From positions 1 through 48,821 of the forward strand of contig JACDHV010000002.1 in NCBI GenBank assembly GCA_013820855.1: a stretch of 48,821 nucleotides of DNA, in the 5' to 3' direction. The notes below the pieces were generated by a model, which ran no database searches, was not told where the DNA came from, and saw only the letters and a program-made list of their open reading frames with translations. Shown here one piece after another: positions 43,101-48,821 of this stretch; the stretch's first letter is position 1, and the number at the start of each line of letters is the position of its first letter. The translations under genes and the position numbers were made by a program. Origin of the DNA: Gemmatimonadales bacterium. GTDB lineage: Bacteria > Gemmatimonadota > Gemmatimonadetes > Gemmatimonadales > GWC2-71-9.

Positions 43101-43306
43101 TCAAGACCGGTGGCTTCGACTCCCGCTGGGGTATGCTGGGCCGGGTGCGCCTCCTCCGGGCCGCCGCCTACGAGCGGCTGGGCCGCCGCTCGGAGGCGCG
43201 CCAGGAGTATCGGGAGGTCCTCGCCCAGTGGAAGACCGCCGACGCCTCGCTGAAGCCTTTCGTCCAGCAGGCGGAGCAGGGCCTGGCCCGGCTGGGCGAG
43301 GCGTAA
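40196..43306 (+). CDS. Ser/Thr protein kinase with a TM segment and a long TPR-containing C-terminal region
   Basis: 1036 aa with GRGGMGVVFLA, AIKV, HRDVKPENVLL, DFGIAR and SPEQ. A TM segment lies near TALVAAAAIALAALGATVGLA. Confidence 0.9.
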   Translation: MSHPTTDPFEALQAALEPQYRLERELGRGGMGVVFLATDTTLDRRVAIKVVHPELAAHPSIVRRFLAEARTIARLRHPGIVAVHTAGTARGLLYYVMDEVNGESLRQRLSREGKLRVDDVRRIVADLAAALDAAGRAGVVHRDVKPENVLLEAGSGRPLLADFGIARAMVTEGASSTGQGVAVGTPSYMSPEQAAGEEVDSRSDLYGLGVVAYEMLAGHPPFQGTTRVVVSKHIAERPVPIERVRPDCPKPLAGAVMKALEKHPAERWQTGEELRQAVAGERALPQRRPDRRTALVAAAAIALAALGATVGLARRSDGPPAGVNPRHSILVLPFDNLRDDPAVDWMRDGSVSMLGLNLSQWNDLTVVDQERLHDLLGRHELEPGEDIGLDMARRLARDAGVWTVVLGDFTRAGDSLHLAARVYDVASGARVSVARVDDRAGEDARTLFDQLAAKLLDLSGAPTDLPVGLARSTSQSLEAYRAYLAGVDRLNRWDLAGAERDLSRALAIDSSFGLAYYKLALTRGWLVGTDDSVADRAIVRATALSARLPEHDRTVINAYRAFIGGEFVEARDLYQRLLTRNGGDADAWYGLGEAWFHDTAGPDKAPAFTQAIRAFRRALDLDPEYALAYDHVQSMLGMAAEARPEYALVATDSFALAAAPSGRALLDSLALQAAIRRARSAGLTTARNWVSTQPSTLRAHGAMVDAYLASGNFDAALGEVDRFRNTTPVHPELPFVEARIRFASGDVDRAAEQLRTALDTVAPQDFWPYQGTPTVVFDIAAAANVFAYQGDLANAAKALDLADQVRREVVKHPASGPEGHMNESWRRVVLGQLYAGVGVPAASLRQVWQSAAEAGRMAKPDARKHLVHSGASAAIGLFTGPSADSTALVEYRAMTGESFSPEVRALLALSRGDSSGARRMLGETDTVSAGMPKWTAGLYNRPLAAQAYYLLGDYDRTLTTLRDFEPAALKTGGFDSRWGMLGRVRLLRAAAYERLGRRSEARQEYREVLAQWKTADASLKPFVQQAEQGLARLGEA

Positions 43307-43318
43307 TCCGTTATATTT

Positions 43319-43750
43319 GAGGCGCTGGCCGAGTGCGATGGTCGCGGGGCGGTCGCAAGGCCGTCTCGAGGAAAGTCCGAGCTCCACAGGGCAGACTGCC
43401 AGGTAACGCCTGGGCGCCGAAAGGCGACGGACAGGGCAACAGAGAACAGACCGCCACGCGGACCCTCGCAAGAGGCGATGCGGGGTAAGGGTGAAACGGT
43501 GGGGTAAGAGCCCACCGCGCCGCTGGCAACAGCGGCGGCACGGCAACCCCCAGTCGGAGCAAGGCCAAATAGGCGGCGAGGTGTGGCCCACACCGTTCCC
43601 GATTCCGCGAGGATGAGGGGTCAGCCGCGGGTAGGCTGCTAGAGGTGGCCGGCGACGGCCATCCCAGACAGATGACCATCTCCCCCGCCGCCGATCGGCA
43701 CAAGGCGGCGGGAGAAACAGAACTCGGCTTACGGCTCGGCCAGCGGCGGC
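43319..43750 (+). ncRNA. rnpB: RNase P RNA, bacterial type A
   Basis: The P4 5' strand is GAGGAAAGTCCGAGCTCCACAGGGCAG (from ~43368). The P4 3' strand is ACAGAACTCGGCTTAC (~43717-43732). P1 pairs CGCTGGCCGAG (43323-43333) with CTCGGCCAGCG (43735-43745). The ends are approximate, to about 5 nt. Confidence 0.85.
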
Positions 43751-43774
43751 CCCCCGGCGAATACCCGGGGGGCC
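43748..43774 (+). terminator. Perfect 10-bp GC hairpin at the 3' end of rnpB, with no U-tract
   Basis: GGCCCCCCGG-CGAATAC-CCGGGGGGCC. Confidence 0.4.
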
Positions 43775-43842
43775 GTCTCGTGCCGCATGCCATATCCTCG
43801 GGCGACGGTTTACCTTTTCCAGCCGAACCCAGGGAGGATCGG

Positions 43843-44628
43843 ATGCCGACATACCACGTTGCGTTGGGTGCGCTGGGCACCCTGGCTCTGGCGCTGCCCG
43901 GCGGCCGGGTCGCGCCGGTGACCGCGAAGTACCGGGTGGAGCAGCGTCTCACCCAGGAGGTGGACGGCACGGCCAGCGGGGCGGGCAAGGAGGTCCTCCA
44001 GTTCACCACGACCACCTTCGTCACGGTCACCCTGAACGACAGCGCGGGCGGCCGGACCATGCGGGTGGTGATCGACTCGATGAAGGGCGACAGCGCCACG
44101 CCCATTCCGGCCGCGGTCATGGACAGCGCCCGGGGCGGGGAGTTCCGCGCCTTCCTGGACCGCTCGGGCAAGCCGTCGCCGCTCACGCCGACCGGCACCT
44201 CCGCGGCCGCCACGCAGGTGCAGGGTCTGCTCACCGACTTCTTCCCCTGGGTGCGGGCGGGCTTCAAGGTGGGCGAAGCCTGGGCGGACACCTCGGTGAA
44301 CACCACGGGGGCGGGGAGCGACACCGTCACCGTCCGTCGGGTGACGAATTACAAGGCCGCGGCGAACGAGACGCGCGACGCCGCCAGGGCAGTCAGGATC
44401 ACCGCCGCTCACACGTCCACCGTGGCCGGGAATCAGCCCACCCCGCAGGGACCGGCGAAGCTCGAGGGCACCGGCAGCGGGAGCGGCGCCTACTTCGTGA
44501 GCCCCGACGGCCGCTATCTCGGAGGCGAGTGGCAGCTCCGCTCCGCCCTCCAGCTCTCGGGCGCCTTCGCCAAGAATCCGGTTCCCATCACGATCACGCA
44601 GACGACGAAGGTCACGGCTGTCCGATGA
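43843..44628 (+). CDS. Secreted hypothetical protein
   Basis: Internal ATG after an AGGGAGGA SD: MPTYHVALGALGTLALALPGG.... 261 aa. Confidence 0.7.
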   Translation: MPTYHVALGALGTLALALPGGRVAPVTAKYRVEQRLTQEVDGTASGAGKEVLQFTTTTFVTVTLNDSAGGRTMRVVIDSMKGDSATPIPAAVMDSARGGEFRAFLDRSGKPSPLTPTGTSAAATQVQGLLTDFFPWVRAGFKVGEAWADTSVNTTGAGSDTVTVRRVTNYKAAANETRDAARAVRITAAHTSTVAGNQPTPQGPAKLEGTGSGSGAYFVSPDGRYLGGEWQLRSALQLSGAFAKNPVPITITQTTKVTAVR

Positions 44629-45527
44629 GACGGAGAACCAATCCGGCCACCCTGGTGGCCACCGCCCTCCTCCTGGCCGGCTGCGCGTCCAGCACCGCCT
44701 CCGTGGACGGCACCGAGGCTCCGGCCCCCCGACCGGTCGATCCCGACGCGCCGCCGCCGCCCGAGGGAGGGCGTGGCCGCGCCGTGAGCTACAGTCCGGT
44801 GCAGCGGAAGGCCTACCGACTGGAACACCGGGACAGCCTGGTGATGCAGTATCCGGGCGGCGCGAGCCAGACGCAGGCGCGCGATCGGGTCGCCTTTCTC
44901 CGGCTGACCCTCGCCCAGGCGCCGGTAGAAGGAACCTACCGCGTCACCGTCTCGCTCGACTCACTGGAGGCGCTGGAGAGCGGAACTCCGGTGCCCGCGG
45001 ACTCGGCCGCCGCGGCGCGGGGAACCGTCTGGAGCGGCACGCTCTCGAGCGTCGGGACGCTCTCACCGCTCACGGCGGACCGCTCGGGCACCCTGACCGA
45101 TGAGCTGGCCGGTCATCTCCGCCTGCTTTTCCCCGCGCTGCCACAGGACGGCGTGCGCGAGGGGATGCAGTGGACCGACTCGACCCAGTACCCGCTGGCG
45201 TCCGACGCGTTCACCGGCACGGAGAGCTCGGTCACGATCTATCGGGCCGCCAACAAGGAAGAGGCCGGGGGTCGCGACGCGATTCCGCTGGAGACGACCA
45301 GCAAGTACACCCGGTCCGGCAAGCGGGTGCAGGCCGAGCAGGAGCTGGAGATGACCGCCTCGGGCACCCGCACCGGTGTCCACCGGCTTGGCGTCGACGG
45401 CGTCCTGGTATCGGCGCAGGGCACCGACACCGGCGAGATGGAGATCTCGGTGCCCGCCCTCGGGCAGACGGTTCCCATCACCCGATCGAGCACCTACGCC
45501 GTCACCTCGCTCTCGCCCGGTCCGTAG
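44625..45527 (+). CDS. Hypothetical lipoprotein
   Basis: ATGA overlap with the previous gene; lipobox LLLAGC. 300 aa. Composition and layout are similar to the upstream gene. Confidence 0.7.
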   Translation: MRRRTNPATLVATALLLAGCASSTASVDGTEAPAPRPVDPDAPPPPEGGRGRAVSYSPVQRKAYRLEHRDSLVMQYPGGASQTQARDRVAFLRLTLAQAPVEGTYRVTVSLDSLEALESGTPVPADSAAAARGTVWSGTLSSVGTLSPLTADRSGTLTDELAGHLRLLFPALPQDGVREGMQWTDSTQYPLASDAFTGTESSVTIYRAANKEEAGGRDAIPLETTSKYTRSGKRVQAEQELEMTASGTRTGVHRLGVDGVLVSAQGTDTGEMEISVPALGQTVPITRSSTYAVTSLSPGP

Positions 45528-46395
45528 CCGCCTCCGGCGGCTGCTCGCCCTGGCGCTGATTCCGCTGGGGCTCTTCCTCCTCTGGCTCTTCGCCGTCTGG
45601 CCCCCGCCGGTGTGGTACCGCACGCACTGGCCGTCCCGGACCGAGTTCATGAGAGCGCAGATCGTGGCATCGCAGCGGGGCGGCGAGGCGCTCCGCTACC
45701 GGCCCATTCCCCTGGAGTCGATCTCCCCCGACATGATCACGGCGGCGGTGACGGCCGAGGACGCGCGCTTCTGGACTCACGGCGGGATCGACTGGCACGA
45801 ACTGCGGAAGGCGCTGGGGTATCGGTCGGGCAAGCTCGACTGGGGATCGGCGAGAGACCGCGGCGAGCTGTGGCGGGCGCTCGGGAGCGTGCCCGGACGC
45901 GGCGAGGCGCTCCGCGGGGCGAGCACGATCACACAGCAGGTCGCCAAGAACCTCTACCTCTCGCCGGCGCGGAATCCTCTCCGGAAGCTCAAGGAGGCGG
46001 TGACCGCCTACCGGCTCGAGCTGGCCCTGCCCAAGCGCCGTATCCTGGAGCTGTACCTGAACATCGCGGAGCTGGGCAAGGGCGTCTGGGGCGTGGAGGC
46101 GGCCAGCCGGCGGTACTACGGCAAGTCGGCGCGGGGCCTCACGCGGAGTCAGGCGGCGGCGCTCGCGGCCACGCTGCCGTTCCCGCTCAGCTCCAATCCC
46201 GCCTACCGTCCGGTGAGAATGCGGAAGCGGCAGAGCCTCATCCTGCGCCGGATGCGGGGCGAGCAGATCGAGGTGCCGGCCGTACCCGAGGAGCCGATCA
46301 CGCAGCCCGGCGACAGCATCGTCTGGACACCGGGGATGGATTCGCTGCTGGATTCACTGCGCGCGCCGGTCGAGACGCTGCCTCCCGCCTTCTAG
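45376..46395 (+). CDS. mtgA: Monofunctional peptidoglycan glycosyltransferase (GT51); the true start is probably near 45520-45545
   Basis: ...TAEDARFWTHGGIDW...GASTITQQVAKNLYL...RKLKEAVTAYRLE...KRRILELYLNIAELG. The only canonical start (GTG at 45376) would overlap the upstream lipoprotein gene by about 150 nt. The TM anchor LRRLLALALIPLGLFLLWLF begins right after that gene's stop codon. Confidence 0.85.
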   Translation: MSTGLASTASWYRRRAPTPARWRSRCPPSGRRFPSPDRAPTPSPRSRPVRSRLRRLLALALIPLGLFLLWLFAVWPPPVWYRTHWPSRTEFMRAQIVASQRGGEALRYRPIPLESISPDMITAAVTAEDARFWTHGGIDWHELRKALGYRSGKLDWGSARDRGELWRALGSVPGRGEALRGASTITQQVAKNLYLSPARNPLRKLKEAVTAYRLELALPKRRILELYLNIAELGKGVWGVEAASRRYYGKSARGLTRSQAAALAATLPFPLSSNPAYRPVRMRKRQSLILRRMRGEQIEVPAVPEEPITQPGDSIVWTPGMDSLLDSLRAPVETLPPAF

Positions 46396-47507
46396 TCCAC
46401 CAGCCTCAGCGGCATCACGAGCGTCAGGTAGCTGGCCGGGTCGTTCCAGCCGACCGGCTCGCAGGTGGCCGCCCGCTCCGGCGCCTTGAAGGTCAGCCGG
46501 ATCTCGTCGGTCGGGATGTACTTGAGGATCTCGAGGAGATACGACGCGTTGAACCCGATCTCCAGCGGGTCGCCCTCGTAGCTCACCGTCAGCTCCTCCT
46601 GCGCCTCGCCCAGGTCGGGCGTCTGCACCGAGAGCTTGCACGAGCCGTTGGCGAACGCCATCCGGATGCGGTGCGTCTGATCGCTGGCCACAATGCTCAT
46701 CCGCCGCAGCGCGGAGGTGATCGCGGCCTTGTCCGCGGTGGCGGACTTGTCGTTCTCGCGGGGGATCACCTGCTCGTAGTTCGGGTAGGGCCCCTCGATC
46801 AGGCGGGTGAACACCTGGGTGCCGGCGGAGCGGAAGCCGAGATGATTTTCGCTGCGGGCAATCTCCACGGTCTCGTCGGCATCGAAGAGGCGGCGGATCT
46901 GCTCCAGGGCCTTGGGCGGCACGATGAGATCGGCCTGGGACGCGCTGCCGGACGGCGGCGTGGGCACGTCCATCCGCGCGAGCCGGTGCCCGTTGGTGGC
47001 CACCATCCGCATCCGCTCGGGGCGGAGCTCCCAGAGCACGCCGTTGAGGATCGGGCGGCTCTCCTCGGTGCTCGCCGCGAAGGCGACGTGCGCGATGAGC
47101 TTCTGCAGGTCCTTCGCCGGCGCGCGCCACCCACCGTCGAACTTGACCGCGGGAAACGCGGGAAACTCCTCGCGCGGCAGACCGAGCAGCCGGAACTTGG
47201 AGCGTCCGCACTCGATCGTCACCCGCTGCTCGCCGGCGCCGGTGATCCGGATGGCGGCGCTGGGCAGCTCGCGCACGATCTCGACCAGCTTGCGCGCCGG
47301 CAGCGTGATCGCGCCCTCCTGCTCCACCTGCGCCGGGACCGTCGTGCTCACGGAAATGTCGAGGTCGGTACCGGACAGTCGAATGCCGTCCTTCGTGGCC
47401 TCGAGGAGGATGTTCGAGAGGATGGGCAGCGTGGTCTTGGCCGGCACGCTCGCCGCCACCGCCACGAGTCCCTCCTGCAGCTGCTCCCGCGTGATCGTGA
47501 GCTTCAT
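46392..47507 (-). CDS. dnaN: DNA polymerase III beta sliding clamp
   Basis: 371 aa: MKLTITREQLQEGLVAVAASVPAKTTLPILSNILLEA.... A GAAGGAG SD precedes the start. Confidence 0.95.
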   Translation of the reverse strand: MKLTITREQLQEGLVAVAASVPAKTTLPILSNILLEATKDGIRLSGTDLDISVSTTVPAQVEQEGAITLPARKLVEIVRELPSAAIRITGAGEQRVTIECGRSKFRLLGLPREEFPAFPAVKFDGGWRAPAKDLQKLIAHVAFAASTEESRPILNGVLWELRPERMRMVATNGHRLARMDVPTPPSGSASQADLIVPPKALEQIRRLFDADETVEIARSENHLGFRSAGTQVFTRLIEGPYPNYEQVIPRENDKSATADKAAITSALRRMSIVASDQTHRIRMAFANGSCKLSVQTPDLGEAQEELTVSYEGDPLEIGFNASYLLEILKYIPTDEIRLTFKAPERAATCEPVGWNDPASYLTLVMPLRLVD

Positions 47508-47727
47508 GCCGCTCCTTCGAGGCTATAAGCAATACTGCTTTACCATATATATTAGAACTAGCAGCAGTAGTAGAGGCTCTGGAAATGTGCGCCGCTGCCG
47601 CAACGCACCCCACGCCGTACAGTTACCTCTCTGTGACCGTGTCGATACCCTGTGCGGGTTGGGGACGGCCACCCCCTGTTCTTCACCGCGTTCAAGAGTT
47701 CCCACAGCGCCAGCCCACACGCGGGGA
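47508..47727. promoter_or_regulatory. dnaA-dnaN spacer with a ~55-nt AT-rich island: candidate dnaN promoter and/or oriC unwinding element
   Basis: CTATAAGCAATACTGCTTTACCATATATATTAGAACTAGCAGCAGTAGTAG (about 47523-47573) is the most AT-rich stretch I noticed in the window. Only weak DnaA-box-like sites are present (GTTCCCACA and several TGTG-N5 sites). Confidence 0.35.
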
Positions 47728-48821
47728 TTACTCTGCGGACAACTCCTGCCGCGCGTGCTCGACCCGCTCGCGAAAGCTGCGATCGCGCGTCATCTGACGG
47801 CTCACCTTGTCCACGCTGTGAATGACGGTGGAGTGATCGCGGCCGCCGAAGGCCTGGCCGATCTCCACCAGCTGCATCTCCAGCAGCTCGCGCGCGAGAT
47901 ACATCGCGATCTGGCGCGGCACGGTGAGCGTCTTGATCCGGGCCTTGGACCGCAATCCCTCCGGCGTCACGCCCCAGCGGCGCGCGATGACCTCCTGGAC
48001 CTTGTTGATCGACGGCCGCGCGCGGGGCGCGGGCCCGTCCTCCCCGGGCCGGATCCGGTCGGAGAGCGCCTCGCGGGCCAGCTCGATCGAGACTTCCTTG
48101 TGCTTGAGCGAGGCGTAGAGCAGCAGCTTGATGATGCAGCCCTCGAGCTCGCGGACGTTGGACCGCACGTGCTCGGCGATGAAGCGGAGCACGTCGTCCG
48201 GGATCGTCATCTCGAGGTGGTCCTGCTCCTGCTTCTTCCGCAGGATGGCGATCCGGTGCTCCAGGTCGGGCTGGCCGATGTCGGCGACCATTCCCCACTC
48301 GAACCGGCTGACCAGCCGGGCCTCCAGCCCGGGAATCTCCTTCGGGGGCCGGTCGGACGTGAGCACGATCTGCTTGTTGCCCTCGTACAGGGCGTTGAAC
48401 GTGTGGAAGAACTCCTCCTGCGTCATTTCCTTGCCCTCGAGGAAATGCACGTCGTCCACCAGGAAGAGGTCCACGTCCATGCGATAGCGGCGCCGGAACT
48501 CCGGCATCGTGCGGCTGTGGATGCTCTCGATCACTTCGTTGATGAACTGCTCGGCGCCGACGTAGAGCACCCGGGTCTCCGGCTGGCGCCGGATCACACC
48601 ATGGGCGATCGCCTGCATCAGGTGGGTCTTGCCGAGTCCCGTCGCGCCGTAGATGAAGAGCGGGTTGTAGGTCTTGCCCGGAGATTCGGCCGCCGCGTGG
48701 GCCGCCGCCGCCGCGAGCTCGTTCGACTTGCCGATGACGAACGTCTCGAAGGTGTAGCGCTCGTTGAGCGCCTGGCTGCTCGGATTGCCGGCCGGCGCGC
48801 GGCCATCGGCGACGTCGCCGG
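47728..48821 (-). CDS. dnaA: Chromosomal replication initiator DnaA, 5'-partial (N-terminus lies beyond the window)
   Basis: The frame is open to the window edge. It reads ...NERYTFETFVIGKSNELAAAAA...NPLFIYGATGLGKTHLMQAIAH (Walker A)...LLVDDVHF...RELEGC...RQIAMYLARELL...IGQAFGGRDHSTVIH. Confidence 0.95.
   Translation of the reverse strand, partial: GDVADGRAPAGNPSSQALNERYTFETFVIGKSNELAAAAAHAAAESPGKTYNPLFIYGATGLGKTHLMQAIAHGVIRRQPETRVLYVGAEQFINEVIESIHSRTMPEFRRRYRMDVDLFLVDDVHFLEGKEMTQEEFFHTFNALYEGNKQIVLTSDRPPKEIPGLEARLVSRFEWGMVADIGQPDLEHRIAILRKKQEQDHLEMTIPDDVLRFIAEHVRSNVRELEGCIIKLLLYASLKHKEVSIELAREALSDRIRPGEDGPAPRARPSINKVQEVIARRWGVTPEGLRSKARIKTLTVPRQIAMYLARELLEMQLVEIGQAFGGRDHSTVIHSVDKVSRQMTRDRSFRERVEHARQELSAE

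Noticed and set aside
43168-44330. ORFs 43311..44330 (-) and 43168..43593 (-).
   Set aside because: They overlap the RNase P RNA and the well-supported plus-strand secreted-protein gene, and their composition is junk-like.
46392-46395. Overlapping convergent stop codons of mtgA and dnaN (CTAG).
   Set aside because: It is real, but it is a trivial consequence of tight packing. It is used only as the marker of the strand-bias switch.
47585-47720. DnaA boxes in the dnaA-dnaN spacer.
   Set aside because: The best candidates match the TTATCCACA consensus at only about 6 of 9 positions, which is not enough to call oriC from this window alone.
1-48821. CRISPR arrays, large tandem repeats, and integrase or prophage modules.
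   Set aside because: I noticed no regularly spaced repeats of 20 nt or more. The only repeats seen are the short regulatory-scale ones listed above, and the only mobile-element trace is the IS91-like relic at the left edge.

Overview
Very GC-rich bacterial chromosomal window, roughly 70% GC by eye. The gene content (ADOP-type duplicated permease, TPR-tailed Ser/Thr kinase, group 1h hydrogenase) suggests a Gemmatimonadota/Acidobacteriota-like soil bacterium, but that is inference only. Layout: (i) 1-266 is a 5'-truncated IS91-like transposase relic abutting hypF. (ii) 267-14195 is a complete group 1h (high-affinity type) [NiFe]-hydrogenase island. It has 15 tightly or translationally coupled minus-strand genes: hhyS, hhyL, NifU-like, Cys-rich protein, 74-aa protein, 341-aa protein, N-terminally extended maturation protease, a 33-aa micro-ORF missing from the ORF track, hypC, a second hypC/hupF-like gene, hypD, hypE, double-SIS protein, Grx-like protein and hypF. 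hypA-hypB lie divergently, across a compact palindrome- and repeat-bearing promoter region. (iii) 14.2-24.2 kb is a gene-decay zone in which intact genes (DUF2254-like membrane protein, NADP oxidoreductase, CDP-alcohol phosphatidyltransferase, patatin-like lipase plus two unknown genes) are interleaved with at least eight relics. The relics are two halves of a DmpA/S58-like peptidase on opposite strands, a PLD/cardiolipin-synthase tail with a TAG at the HKD lysine, a truncated and frameshifted ECF sigma factor, a TPR tail, a multiply deleted aldo/keto reductase, a 3-hydroxyisobutyrate-dehydrogenase-like gene with a large in-frame deletion, a PAP2 tail, and possibly an HU relic. (iv) 24.3-46.4 kb is transcribed almost entirely from the plus strand. 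It carries envelope and housekeeping genes: ADOP permease, esterase, SxtJ/DUF5989-like pair, LigD phosphoesterase-domain protein, DinB/YfiT proteins, class-III aminotransferase, GT39 glycosyltransferase, an M24 peptidase relic, an intact DmpA-like peptidase, AraC regulator, 1036-aa Ser/Thr kinase, RNase P RNA, two lipoproteins and mtgA. (v) dnaN, an AT-rich dnaA-dnaN spacer and a 5'-partial dnaA lie on the minus strand at the right edge. No CRISPR array, tRNA or rRNA was seen. Many long ORFs in the track are antisense artefacts of the high GC content. Family names given as 'recalled' come from memory and are unverified.
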